Below are positions 49,186-58,801 of a DNA stretch of 64,000 nucleotides, in pieces. Under the pieces are notes generated by a model. It had not been told where the DNA came from. It saw nothing but the letters and a program-made list of their open reading frames with translations, and ran no database searches. The number at the start of each line of letters is the position of its first letter. Position 1 is the first letter of the stretch. The position numbers and the translations under genes were made by a program. This DNA is from an uncultured virus (IMG/VR IMGVR_UViG_3300035498_001541) (taxonomy: Duplodnaviria; Heunggongvirae; Uroviricota; Caudoviricetes). The stretch is taken from the IMG/VR virus record IMGVR_UViG_3300035498_001541, one strand, 5' to 3'.

Positions 49186-49203
49186 AGCATCACCCCATCA
49201 GTC

Positions 49204-50154
49204 CTAAAAGACCTGCATCTCGCCTGTCCCAGTCATTTGGCTACACTTGTATTGCAGTATTGCTTTAAGCTGCTTAAGTGGATTGTACTCAGCAATTACT
49301 TCTTCCGACAATCCATTACGTTCACCTAAGAAGCAAGGTATAGCCTCAACCCTATCACTGTTCACATCAGCCATAGAACAGAACGCCTCTTTGTGCTCTT
49401 TGGACCTGCTCGCTATGCTGCCACAATCCTCTACTAAATCAACTTTGTTTTGTACCAAAACTGTTGGCTTAGTCGGTTCCATCTTAAACATCTCCTGCAG
49501 TGGTTTGCTAATGCGCTCACCGTATGCACTAGGATAATCAGCCAAAGGAGAAATCACAGCAACAGTATCTGCCACCTTAGCAAGAAGCTTAGCATAGTTC
49601 ACATCCCTTTCCAAATCCCCAAAATCGTGATTAAGGCCGACACCATCAATCATGCTAAACTCCACAAAGCCGTTCTCATTGGTAAATCTCTTGCTTACCT
49701 CCGTGTCATCTAAACACATCTTCTCAAATTCAGTGGACATTGGCACGTATACTATTAAAGTGGCAAGCGTCTCCAACACTGCATTTGCAAAAGATTGTAG
49801 AATGGTCTTGATAAACTCTTTATCCGGATTCTTCAAATCAATCTCTTTGTAATAAAAACCATCTGACGACTTGTTCTCCTTAGGAAACAGCTCATCAAAC
49901 ATTAAGTCCACCATTACTGAAGCCTTAGCATTGTGCCTCTTGTATACAGCAACAACAATCTTATCTTTCAGTTCAGATGTGTAAGTTACAAACTTCATTT
50001 CTGGTGAAAAACAGTTGCATTTTAAGCACTCCTGAAGTACCCCTTTGGCCTCATCGGCGGCAGGCGTCATAATAAACTCTGTCCTTCCTGCACCTGTAGC
50101 GCCTAAAACTGCAATCCCCTCATAATACAAATCAAGCTTGTCAGTAAATGCCAT
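49204..50154 (-). CDS. Degenerate TRAFAC/dynamin-like GTPase
   Basis: AVLGATGAGRT (K replaced by R), IDGVG and NKVD; ends GEMQVF. Confidence 0.6.
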   Translation of the reverse strand: MAFTDKLDLYYEGIAVLGATGAGRTEFIMTPAADEAKGVLQECLKCNCFSPEMKFVTYTSELKDKIVVAVYKRHNAKASVMVDLMFDELFPKENKSSDGFYYKEIDLKNPDKEFIKTILQSFANAVLETLATLIVYVPMSTEFEKMCLDDTEVSKRFTNENGFVEFSMIDGVGLNHDFGDLERDVNYAKLLAKVADTVAVISPLADYPSAYGERISKPLQEMFKMEPTKPTVLVQNKVDLVEDCGSIASRSKEHKEAFCSMADVNSDRVEAIPCFLGERNGLSEEVIAEYNPLKQLKAILQYKCSQMTGTGEMQVF

Positions 50155-50173
50155 ACCTTTCTACCTCCTAACT

Positions 50174-50398
50174 TTACTCTTCCCAGTGAATATCTTCCAT
50201 CTCAAAATTATCTGAGCCAGGAATATAAACTGCGTCACTTGCGACCGGAATTTCATCTATCTGGCTCTGTGCATAGTCATAAGCAATTTGCATTTGCTCA
50301 TCTTCTGATTTTCCTTTCAATAGCTCCAGCGGCACATCAACATCCACGTTCCCTACAAAAGTGTAAGCTACTGAAACACTTAATCTCTTAGTTTCCAT
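50174..50398 (-). CDS. Small acidic protein
   Basis: 74 aa with AAGGAG RBS. Confidence 0.65.
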   Translation of the reverse strand: METKRLSVSVAYTFVGNVDVDVPLELLKGKSEDEQMQIAYDYAQSQIDEIPVASDAVYIPGSDNFEMEDIHWEE

Positions 50399-50490
50399 AA
50401 TGTTATCTCCTTTACTTAGTCAACCAATAGCACTTCTTGCTCCTAAAAATCTCCTAGAGAGTTCCCATTGCTAAAGCTTTTCCCGTTTAC

Positions 50491-50694
50491 TCATGGTGCC
50501 ACCTCGTCTTCTACAGCTTCTACATAGTCAACGCTGTCTATATCTACATCATTTTCTTTGCAGAACCCAATCCAAAGTTCAAACAGCTCCATGTAGTTTG
50601 CAACATCAAATTGTGTTTCATCTCCATCATTAAATCCAATATTATATGTTCCCTTTACTACTGAGAGTCCATAAGATGCTTTTCCCAGTGTCAT
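50491..50694 (-). CDS. Small acidic protein
   Basis: 67 aa with AGGAGG RBS. Confidence 0.65.
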   Translation of the reverse strand: MTLGKASYGLSVVKGTYNIGFNDGDETQFDVANYMELFELWIGFCKENDVDIDSVDYVEAVEDEVAP

Positions 50695-50709
50695 AGCTAC
50701 TCCTCCTTA

Positions 50710-51531
50710 TCAAAAGCATTTCATTGCCTCATTCTTCTTAGGATTGGTGAAAACCATCCTGTATCCACTATTTACATCCTCTACCTTCACAGTGTCAACA
50801 TAATCAAGAAAATCCCAACTAGCCAATAGACTCTCAAACTTCTCGTAAACACTATTCATTGAAAAGAAAGGTTTAGAATACCCAAGCACCACATGAGTTC
50901 TATCAGACGCATACCTAGCATTCACCCAGATAGGTACAATTGTACCTATCTCGCTATTAAAACGGAAACTGAAATCCTTGGAATAAACACTTACTACAAC
51001 TCTTTCTGCATCTGCAGCAAAAACAGACTTAAAACCAGTTCCTCTCTTATTCTCATACAACTTGTTGCTAACGAAAAATGAGCTGATTGCCCAAACATCT
51101 CTCCGGGTAAAACCAGCTTCATCATAAACAAACTCAATTGATGAATTTTCGTCATCAATCAACACATCAACTTCTTGTGTTCCGTCAAACTTTCCTTCAT
51201 TTACTAAAGCTTCCTGGTGCCTGCAGTCATCCGCATTTTTCAGTATCTCTTTAACGAACTGCAATCTATCATCAGCAAACTGCATATCTATCTTGTTCTC
51301 AAAGAACTTCGCATTTCTCTCAATAGCTGAATCGTATGCTCTAATTCTGAGCAATGCTACTAAGTTCACAAACTGCTCATTAGTCAACATTCCCTTGGTA
51401 AACAGGATTTCAAAATTCCTATCACCCTCAGTAAGCCTTTGGTACAAATCTCTAACTTCGTCATCGTTAGACAAAACCTCGTTACTCAAAAACTCCTCAT
51501 AATCAGCTAAAGTACTGCCTCTAAACTCCAT
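50710..51531 (-). CDS. Stand-alone GHKL (sacsin-like) ATPase domain protein
   Basis: FVKEILKNADD, GFT..DV.AI and GTGFKSVF; ends EAMKCF. Confidence 0.7.
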   Translation of the reverse strand: MEFRGSTLADYEEFLSNEVLSNDDEVRDLYQRLTEGDRNFEILFTKGMLTNEQFVNLVALLRIRAYDSAIERNAKFFENKIDMQFADDRLQFVKEILKNADDCRHQEALVNEGKFDGTQEVDVLIDDENSSIEFVYDEAGFTRRDVWAISSFFVSNKLYENKRGTGFKSVFAADAERVVVSVYSKDFSFRFNSEIGTIVPIWVNARYASDRTHVVLGYSKPFFSMNSVYEKFESLLASWDFLDYVDTVKVEDVNSGYRMVFTNPKKNEAMKCF

Positions 51532-51823
51532 TGCCAATCCTCCTCAAACGCTTAGCTTCTTGTAGAAAATCTTCCAAATCAAGTCGTATTCTTTGATTCT
51601 CAATATCCGGAATAATTAAATCTAAAAACTCGATATCTTCATCTTTCAAATAGCCAGCTTGTAAAATCTTTTCTACCTTATCCCTCGTAAGCTGTATATC
51701 TAAATCATATTCTGCAAAATTACCACAGTCTGCATAGTCAAGCAGATATCTTCGATAGAACCTCTCTAATGCATCCATACCTAAACGTTGCCACTTGGCT
51801 AAAGCAACACCTTCGAATTCCAT
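51521..51823 (-). CDS. Hypothetical protein
   Basis: 100 aa; coupled to neighbours. Confidence 0.65.
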   Translation of the reverse strand: MEFEGVALAKWQRLGMDALERFYRRYLLDYADCGNFAEYDLDIQLTRDKVEKILQAGYLKDEDIEFLDLIIPDIENQRIRLDLEDFLQEAKRLRRIGNGV

Positions 51824-51825
51824 GC

Positions 51826-52290
51826 CTAACCCTCCTTCATTACCTCTGTAATCACAGCATCAATCCCGGCAATACAATCAAAGTCGCAATGCCTTGTTGC
51901 AAGCTCCTCAACATAGTCCAATCTATTAGGATTTAGACCCTTTGTAGCTACAATAATATCAAACTTGTCGTACTTCTCTAAACCAAAACCTTTCAGCCAC
52001 CCATCAATTCCTTCTCTGCTCTCTGGAGGAATTCTTGTATTCAAACACGCAGGAAACTCAAAACTTGCTCTCGCATCGTTCTCGTAAAAACCACCACGCA
52101 GAACCAATGCCCTATTCTCCTGCTCTGGATTTTTCCAAGTACACCACCACTTTGTAGTCCCATCCCCAACTTTCATTTCGTATTGTGTAACATAGTATTC
52201 AACCCCATCGGTAACACTATCACAAACGGCAAGACTTCTGGCCTCAACCAAACTCCCTGTATTCAATAAATACTCAAGCTTCTTGTTCAT
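51826..52290 (-). CDS. HipA-kinase partner (HipA N-terminal-like)
   Basis: RIPPESR..I...L..FGL..YD.FD....TKG...D, directly after the kinase. Confidence 0.6.
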   Translation of the reverse strand: MNKKLEYLLNTGSLVEARSLAVCDSVTDGVEYYVTQYEMKVGDGTTKWWCTWKNPEQENRALVLRGGFYENDARASFEFPACLNTRIPPESREGIDGWLKGFGLEKYDKFDIIVATKGLNPNRLDYVEELATRHCDFDCIAGIDAVITEVMKEG

Positions 52291-52297
52291 AGCTACC

Positions 52298-53023
52298 TCA
52301 CTGTCTAAACCATTCAGCCCTTTCGCTGACAAACCTTTTCAGCAACTCCACCCTCTGCTCTGACAAACCGACTGTCTCAAGAATACTAGTATCCAAACCA
52401 TCCATTCTTTCACAGAAATCTTGAAACTGCTTTGGCATCATTTCTCTCAAGTCATTCACCAATTTACAATGTGTAATCTTTCTGCCAAACCTAAGTACTG
52501 GTCTTGACTTCGTCCATACCAAAGCACTAAATCTCAGTCTATCCTTCAAAAAACATTCAATCTTTTCTTCCTCGACATAGCAGCACAAAGAGCTTCCATT
52601 ATCAAACAATGGATAGAAACCTCTCTCCTCGTTAAACAGAACATTGCCTAGATGCCTGTCTGAGTTTCCAATCAGAGCATCAAAGAGCAATATCTGAACA
52701 AACTCATCGCAGAATCTCTCCTTAATCATCTCGGAATTCTCAAATTCTAAGAAACTTTTCAGTTCCCCATCCCAGACTTTCTTGCTAAGAATTGCATCCC
52801 TGTCCATCACGATATCCACACACGGAATCTCCAACTGGTCACACAATGCCTTTGCTAAAAACTCTGAGTAGCTCTCGTATGTACACTCACCAGTAGGAAA
52901 CATCCTGCTCTTCTTGTACAAAAACAGTGAACCATCAGCATCCTCCACCCAAATCTTTGGTCTTGCACCATCAGCTACACTAGATACAACAGAATACTTT
53001 GCTAAAACAATTCCTTGGTTCAT
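52298..53023 (-). CDS. HipA-like Ser/Thr kinase
   Basis: GARPK, LYK, SEFLA, DALIGNSDRHLGN and PLFDNGSSL. Confidence 0.85.
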   Translation of the reverse strand: MNQGIVLAKYSVVSSVADGARPKIWVEDADGSLFLYKKSRMFPTGECTYESYSEFLAKALCDQLEIPCVDIVMDRDAILSKKVWDGELKSFLEFENSEMIKERFCDEFVQILLFDALIGNSDRHLGNVLFNEERGFYPLFDNGSSLCCYVEEEKIECFLKDRLRFSALVWTKSRPVLRFGRKITHCKLVNDLREMMPKQFQDFCERMDGLDTSILETVGLSEQRVELLKRFVSERAEWFRQ

Positions 53024-53034
53024 TCTGCACTCCT

Positions 53035-53526
53035 CTACCAAACCATCATATCGCCAGTACACCCTACAAGCTCTTCGTATAGCTCTGCAGGATTCTCTGA
53101 ACTCTTTATCTCTTTGAAAACACTTACATCATTCTCTCTAACTATCTCAAAAGTGCTGTGCTGTAAGTCCTTAATTGAAGCCCTGTTCACAATAACAAAA
53201 GAGTTCCCTGACTTCTTCACAAAATCAAGAAACTCACTGCTGAAAACAAAATCATTATTTTCTTCGATAAAGACTACTGTATCATGCAAGCCTAAAAGCT
53301 CATCTTTCCAATCATGCCCAACTTCTTTTCGCAAGTATACAAAGTAATCAGCATCAGTCTCGACTGAATACCCAGACCTTCTACCAACTCGCAGAAATTC
53401 ATACAGCATTCTAAGCAGTACAGTCTTACCGGTTGCACTATCACCTTTTAGCATTACAACCGGTTGCTCAACACTAAACTCAAATACAATCCTCTTACTC
53501 CTTACTCTAAAATGTTTGCCTTTCAT
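53035..53526 (-). CDS. Mini P-loop ATPase (DUF4869 partner)
   Basis: Walker A GDSATGKT and Walker B VVFIEE. Confidence 0.75.
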   Translation of the reverse strand: MKGKHFRVRSKRIVFEFSVEQPVVMLKGDSATGKTVLLRMLYEFLRVGRRSGYSVETDADYFVYLRKEVGHDWKDELLGLHDTVVFIEENNDFVFSSEFLDFVKKSGNSFVIVNRASIKDLQHSTFEIVRENDVSVFKEIKSSENPAELYEELVGCTGDMMVW

Positions 53527-53968
53527 CAAGAACACCCTCCACAAAAAGTAGCTCATCAACAAACTCTTTTGGGCTATGTACAATCTTTCCTGTATTCATT
53601 ATCTCAATTGTAAACTTACCTTCAAAATTCAGAAGATGCTGCAGATACACAGTCAAATCTTTTCTCTTTGCAATCTCTAAAATCCACTTTGCACAGTTAT
53701 CACCGCAATTGGATGCGTTGTAAATAAAGGAATCATCTTTCAACACCAGAATCAAAACCTTTACTCCTCCGGATAGCTCTCTTGGTGTAATTGCTCCCAA
53801 AACTGGACTCTCTATTACACGAGCACTCCTTACCTCTGACCTATCCACATCTTTAATCATCTGCTTTACTAAACTATCTTCTATCCACTCGTCCTCGAAT
53901 ACATTATCAAAATAGCTCTGTGCATCTTCTAAATAATCAATGCCATCCCAATACCAAATCTTTAGCAT
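53507..53968 (-). CDS. DUF4869-family protein
   Basis: YFDN..EDEW..D.LVKQMIKDVD.S...IESPVLGAI.P.ELSGGVK...CGDNCAKW. Confidence 0.85.
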   Translation of the reverse strand: MLKIWYWDGIDYLEDAQSYFDNVFEDEWIEDSLVKQMIKDVDRSEVRSARVIESPVLGAITPRELSGGVKVLILVLKDDSFIYNASNCGDNCAKWILEIAKRKDLTVYLQHLLNFEGKFTIEIMNTGKIVHSPKEFVDELLFVEGVLDERQTF

Positions 53969-53979
53969 ACTGCACTCCT

Positions 53980-54402
53980 CTACCAGTCTTCAGAATACTG
54001 CTTCAATGTATGAAACCCGTTATCATTTACCATCTCAAACACATCATGCTCTTCACGTATCACACCATCTTTCCTACTCATAATCAGAAAGTAATTGTCT
54101 GACTCATTAAGTAAACTCCTGTATCCCTTAAGCCTAAGAAGATAGCTATCATCATCAATCACAAATACATAATCAGAATCCTTTAACACAGCCTCGTAAG
54201 CCTTTAATGATGTACGTAGTGGCATTACTCGCAGCTTCTCGTACCCCAAGCACTCAATAAGCTCTGGCTCCATCTCGTATGCTGCTACCCTGTTACAAAA
54301 TGTTGTTTTTCCTGTACCAGACTTTCCCACCAGCACAGTGTATTTACTTGTAAGTATAAAATCAAACTCAACTTTCTTGTCTCTCAAATGAATTTCAATC
54401 AC
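53980..54402 (-). CDS. Mini P-loop ATPase (DUF4869 partner)
   Basis: GKSGTGKTT, FVIDDD and NYFLIMSR. Confidence 0.75.
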   Translation of the reverse strand: MIEIHLRDKKVEFDFILTSKYTVLVGKSGTGKTTFCNRVAAYEMEPELIECLGYEKLRVMPLRTSLKAYEAVLKDSDYVFVIDDDSYLLRLKGYRSLLNESDNYFLIMSRKDGVIREEHDVFEMVNDNGFHTLKQYSEDW

Positions 54403-54848
54403 TTTTTATTCCTCCGTTTAAAATTATCTAGCATTAGTCTTGTCCATTCATTTACATTGTGAATCTCCCTGTCATCATCCAAGCATACTGCATCAAAGTT
54501 CTTGAAGAAATGCAAATGATGCTCCACATAAACAGTACAGTCACGCATCTTTCCTATCTCTGCTAAAAACTCTGTACAATTATCCCCAAAGAATGCAGAG
54601 CCTATCACAACATCCTCCTTCAACAACAGTATCAATGCCTTAGCACCTGCTGAAATTTGAGTAATTGGGATACTGCCCAACACTGGACTCATTGCAAGTT
54701 CTGGTCCGAGAATCTCTGTGTTGTCAACACCTTTCACTATCTCTTTAACAAAGGGATCATCAAACCACTCATCCTCTCTGTTATGGGCAAAGTAAGCATT
54801 TACGCTATGAAGTATTTTGTCTGGTTCTTTAAAAGTCACATATAACAT
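54399..54848 (-). CDS. DUF4869-family protein
   Basis: MLYVTF...DEWFDDPFVKE...SPVLG.IP...ISAGAK...GDNC. Confidence 0.8.
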   Translation of the reverse strand: MLYVTFKEPDKILHSVNAYFAHNREDEWFDDPFVKEIVKGVDNTEILGPELAMSPVLGSIPITQISAGAKALILLLKEDVVIGSAFFGDNCTEFLAEIGKMRDCTVYVEHHLHFFKNFDAVCLDDDREIHNVNEWTRLMLDNFKRRNKK

Positions 54849-54867
54849 AGTCTTTCCTCCTAAAATG

Positions 54868-54904
54868 CTAAACAACGTAGAGAACTCTTAATCCTCTACG
54901 CCAA
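54868..54904. repeat. 37-bp direct repeat / terminator hairpin, copy A
   Basis: ctaaacaacgtagagaactcttaatcctctacgccaa; 35/37 identical to 59601-59637. Confidence 0.85.
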
Positions 54905-54927
54905 GTATAATCTTCATTCATTAAAAC

Positions 54928-55110
54928 CTAAATCGTTCTGATAGGGCTAGGCTCATAACACGCGTAAGCACCATCTGCGCATAATTGTCCACACTTTACG
55001 CAGTCACCCTTCCTAAGCTCTCGTGTCCCAATGCTCCGCTTTTCGCAAAAAGGACACACATCTTTAAGAAAGTAATGCCTCTTCTCGCACTTGTTAATAA
55101 CATAAGTCAT
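54928..55110 (-). CDS. Small Cys-rich (zinc-ribbon-like) protein
   Basis: CPFC...CVKC...C; GAGGTG RBS before MTYV. Confidence 0.5.
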   Translation of the reverse strand: MTYVINKCEKRHYFLKDVCPFCEKRSIGTRELRKGDCVKCGQLCADGAYACYEPSPIRTI

Positions 55111-55123
55111 AGCATGCACCTCA

Positions 55124-55333
55124 CTATCTTGCAATCCTCTCAAAGCCGTATTTAGCAAAATGAGCTACTGCTTTCTTGAAAAACTCTGGAGCATTAGAAC
55201 AACCATCCCCTACTTCACCCAAGCTACTACACGCCTCTGCCCACTTCTGGTCAGCATCGTCAGCATCGTCAATCTGAAATAGGAAATTCTTAATAGAAAA
55301 ATCATACTTCAATCGAATAGAATAACTTTCCAT
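55124..55333 (-). CDS. Small hypothetical protein
   Basis: AAGGAG RBS before MESY. Confidence 0.6.
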   Translation of the reverse strand: MESYSIRLKYDFSIKNFLFQIDDADDADQKWAEACSSLGEVGDGCSNAPEFFKKAVAHFAKYGFERIAR

Positions 55334-55335
55334 CT

Positions 55336-56046
55336 CTATCTCCTTTCCCTGCATTTATCTATAGTTAAAACCTTCTTGGTAAACACTCCCCTGTAAATAG
55401 CAGGCTCACCGCTATAGTACGCCCAAAATCTATCTCCGTAATCGAAGTGCCACCACTCAGAAGGAAGATTTGTAAACCCAGCCTTAGTCATAGCACTGTA
55501 TAGCAATCTCCGATTATCTCTGACCAGCTTATTCTCTCCATTCTCAAAATAGGCAGTGTATGTCCTGTCTGAAAACGCATCAAACTTTGTGCCCATCTCA
55601 AGCTCCCTGCCATCAGAGTCAACAATCGTTACATCTACTGCACCACCAGTTGTGTGAACAGGCGGAACATCCCTATCCTCAATTGGTTCAGATACAAACT
55701 TCTTAATTACACTCTGCTTCTGGTCATCAGTGCAATCCTCAAGACCAAACTCTTTTATCACATCATCAGAGTACCTGTAAAACAACTCCTCTTGAAGCGC
55801 AAACGGCCTCCATGCATCCCATACCTTAAGCCTAAAACCATTGGGTAAATACTGAGCTGCCTTCACCAACCTATCATACACCTCTCTACGTACAAAGCAC
55901 TGGCTCTCGGAATTCTTCATCCCCAACACCGGGTACCTCATCTCGACAGCAAACACATCGCCACTCACCACCTCAACAAAAGGCGAATCAATAAACCTTG
56001 CATCCTCGACTCTTGCAGGCTCTTCTCTGCTAGGAATAAATTCCAT
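55336..56046 (-). CDS. D-Ala-D-Ala dipeptidase (VanX/DdpX, peptidase M15D)
   Basis: WDAWRP, HTTGGAVD, MGTKFD and EWWHF. Confidence 0.9.
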   Translation of the reverse strand: MEFIPSREEPARVEDARFIDSPFVEVVSGDVFAVEMRYPVLGMKNSESQCFVRREVYDRLVKAAQYLPNGFRLKVWDAWRPFALQEELFYRYSDDVIKEFGLEDCTDDQKQSVIKKFVSEPIEDRDVPPVHTTGGAVDVTIVDSDGRELEMGTKFDAFSDRTYTAYFENGENKLVRDNRRLLYSAMTKAGFTNLPSEWWHFDYGDRFWAYYSGEPAIYRGVFTKKVLTIDKCRERR

Positions 56047-57233
56047 TACAATTTCGCCCCCTTAGCTCCACCAAGGCTTGCTGAGTCCAGAATATTTGTA
56101 TCAAAGGTAAATGTTAAACTATCTTCCGTCCGTTTTCTCTTCAAAGCTAACTGAATCACCCTATCAAGCAACTCTTTATAGCTTACGCCAAGAGGCTCCC
56201 ACAAATAGAAAGCTAAAGAACCGGGAATAGTGTTTATCTCATTGAAATACAACTTGCCATCTGACCTATCAATCATAAAGTCTATACGAGCAACACCGTT
56301 ACACCCTAAAGCCTTGAAAGCTTTTACTGCCAGCTCTCTTATTTCTTCTCTCTGCTCTAATGACAGTTCGGCCGGTATCTTCCTAGACAGACTAGCCATA
56401 CCCTTTGTGTTTCCTCCCTTTGCACCACCAACGTATTTGTCCTCATAACTCAGAATATCATCTGTATGAAAAGGCTCTTCACACTCAGATGCTGTGGCTT
56501 CAATCTCGTTACCAAGCACTGAACAGTTGATTTCTTTCAAGTCAGAAATTGCCTTCTCGACAAGAACCTTTGTAGCATACTTAAAGGCATCATCAATTGC
56601 ATTCACCAGCTCAATCCTTGTCTTTGCAACATTAATACCTACGCTTGAGCCAAGGTTCACCGGCTTAATTATCACAGGATACCCAAATTGCTGTTCAACA
56701 GAATCAGCTAACGCATCCACATCCTCGTAGTCACCGAGCGTAAACACACTGGCATCTAAAACAGGTACACCAGCCTCTTTCAGCACCTGCTTCATCACAT
56801 ATTTATCCATACCTATTGCAGATGCAGTTACATCACACCCAACAATAGGCACCCCCATCACCTTTAGAAATCCCTGCAATGCCCCATCCTCAAGATTAGT
56901 TCCATGCACAATAGGAAAAGCTAAATCCACATCCAAAGCCATATTCTTTCCTATCTTCTTCATGGGATACTGTACCAACTGGACACTGCCACCATCATTC
57001 ACCATTATCACTCTCATGGACTTACTCAAAAGAGCATCCACATCCTTGTAAGACTCAATCTTTCCGACCCCACTGCCGACATACATCTCGTTTGACTTTG
57101 TCAAGTATACAGGAATAACCTCATACTTATCAGTATCCAAATTCATAATAGCTTGAATACCAGAGATAACAGAAACCTCATGCTCCACACTCTTTCCGCC
57201 AAACAATACAGCTATTTTAGTTTTCACTTTCAT
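56046..57233 (-). CDS. ddl: D-alanine--D-alanine ligase
   Basis: GGKSVEHEVS, HG..EDG.LQG, KP..LGSSVG, SYEDKY, RIDF and NEINTIPG. Confidence 0.95.
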   Translation of the reverse strand: MKVKTKIAVLFGGKSVEHEVSVISGIQAIMNLDTDKYEVIPVYLTKSNEMYVGSGVGKIESYKDVDALLSKSMRVIMVNDGGSVQLVQYPMKKIGKNMALDVDLAFPIVHGTNLEDGALQGFLKVMGVPIVGCDVTASAIGMDKYVMKQVLKEAGVPVLDASVFTLGDYEDVDALADSVEQQFGYPVIIKPVNLGSSVGINVAKTRIELVNAIDDAFKYATKVLVEKAISDLKEINCSVLGNEIEATASECEEPFHTDDILSYEDKYVGGAKGGNTKGMASLSRKIPAELSLEQREEIRELAVKAFKALGCNGVARIDFMIDRSDGKLYFNEINTIPGSLAFYLWEPLGVSYKELLDRVIQLALKRKRTEDSLTFTFDTNILDSASLGGAKGAKL

Positions 57234-57238
57234 TCCTC

Positions 57239-58801
57239 CTAATAGTTATCTGGCAAATCGTTCTCAAGCAGAATATACTTGTGACCTTGCCCTTTTATAG
57301 AATAGGCGTATGAAATTGCTTCATCCAACCTATCAAAGACTAAACATCTTTTACCGGAAAATCCTTTGCTTAATACACCATTCCTAATAGGCTCTGTGCG
57401 ATTCTTCCCAACCAATAGAACATAATCGCAACAGTCTGCAGCGTATTCCCCAAACCTGTAATTAAATTCCTCTTCACTCTCGCCCAGCTCAACCATTCCT
57501 GGCGTAATCAATATCCTGATACCATCAAACATTGCTAAAGTCTCAACCGCTGCTTTAGAGCCAACAGGGTTAGAGTTATAAGCATCGTCAATAATCGTTA
57601 CTGAACCATGCTCTCTCATCTGCATACGATGCTCAACTGGCTGAAGCTTTCTAACCGGAATCCGCAGCTCTCTCAATGTCATACCAAGTGTATGAGCTAC
57701 TGAAATAGCACCAACTACATTAATCACATTATGAGCACCTATCAGTTTTGTCTGGTATCTTTCACTCTCTCCGTCAGGCGTTACTACAGTAAACTCAGTC
57801 CCGTATTGAGAAACCTTAACATCCTTTGCACAGTATCCGTATCCCTCTTTTTCGGAATAATAGAACACTTCATTCCTATACTTCTTTGCTCTCTCCTGCA
57901 CATAGTCATTATCTCCATTTAAAAATAACCTTCCATCGGAAGGTAAGGCATCTGCAAGTTCAAACTTAGTTTTCTGAATATTCTCCATACTGTGAAATGT
58001 TTCTAAATGTTGTGGCCCAATTGATGTAATAATACCTAAATCCGGATGTGCAATATCACACACTTCTTTTATCTCTCCAACTCGTCTTGCACCCATTTCA
58101 CACAAGAAAATCTCATGCGTTGGTTTCAAGTATTTCCTAACCGTAATCGTAATGCCTAATGGCGTGTTGAAATTCCCCGGAGTAGCCAAAACATTAAACT
58201 TGCTCTGCAATAATGTCTGGAGATAAAACTTCATACTCGTCTTACCATAGCTACCGGTAATGCCTATTACCTTTAGATTCTCAGCCTTCTTCAGTTTCTT
58301 CTTTGCATCGTTCACATAGTAATTTCTGATGCAAGCCTCAATTGGTGCGTTAATTACATTCACAACTAAGTCCAAGAATACCTGTGCCGAAACCAGCACC
58401 ACAAAGATACCAGCTAAACCATCCTTACCAACTATGGCAAAACCTGCTCCTACCACAGCACAGCTCACCACTACTATAGTGGCAATCATCCTACACACTC
58501 TAGCAGTAAACACAAGTTTCTTCTTATTATGTAGTCTCCGCATTGCCCTGTATACAAGAATAATAAGCAGCAGAGTTCCGCAAACTACCACATCTAACAC
58601 AAACACTGGAAATAGCATTCTAACCACACCCAGCAACATCCCAAATCCAAGAAGCCATTGCTGTCTCAAATTCTTTCTTATCCATCTGACATGCTCATCA
58701 TTCTTGTAACCATTAAGCTGAAACATATGCACATTGTGTCGCATTGTAAGAAAGAAAGCATATACCGACAGTACACCCACAACAAAAGTTCTAATCCACA
58801 T
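57239..58801 (-). CDS. murF: UDP-MurNAc-tripeptide--D-Ala-D-Ala ligase with N-terminal TM helices
   Basis: GITGSYGKT, NFNTPLG, EMGA, QHLE, DDAYNSNP and TPGMVELG. Confidence 0.92.
   Translation of the reverse strand: MWIRTFVVGVLSVYAFFLTMRHNVHMFQLNGYKNDEHVRWIRKNLRQQWLLGFGMLLGVVRMLFPVFVLDVVVCGTLLLIILVYRAMRRLHNKKKLVFTARVCRMIATIVVVSCAVVGAGFAIVGKDGLAGIFVVLVSAQVFLDLVVNVINAPIEACIRNYYVNDAKKKLKKAENLKVIGITGSYGKTSMKFYLQTLLQSKFNVLATPGNFNTPLGITITVRKYLKPTHEIFLCEMGARRVGEIKEVCDIAHPDLGIITSIGPQHLETFHSMENIQKTKFELADALPSDGRLFLNGDNDYVQERAKKYRNEVFYYSEKEGYGYCAKDVKVSQYGTEFTVVTPDGESERYQTKLIGAHNVINVVGAISVAHTLGMTLRELRIPVRKLQPVEHRMQMREHGSVTIIDDAYNSNPVGSKAAVETLAMFDGIRILITPGMVELGESEEEFNYRFGEYAADCCDYVLLVGKNRTEPIRNGVLSKGFSGKRCLVFDRLDEAISYAYSIKGQGHKYILLENDLPDNY

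Noticed and set aside
55336..57233. Bona fide vanA/vanB resistance cluster
   Set aside because: No vanH, vanT, vanR or vanS, and the ligase has a D-Ala-D-Ala-type omega loop.
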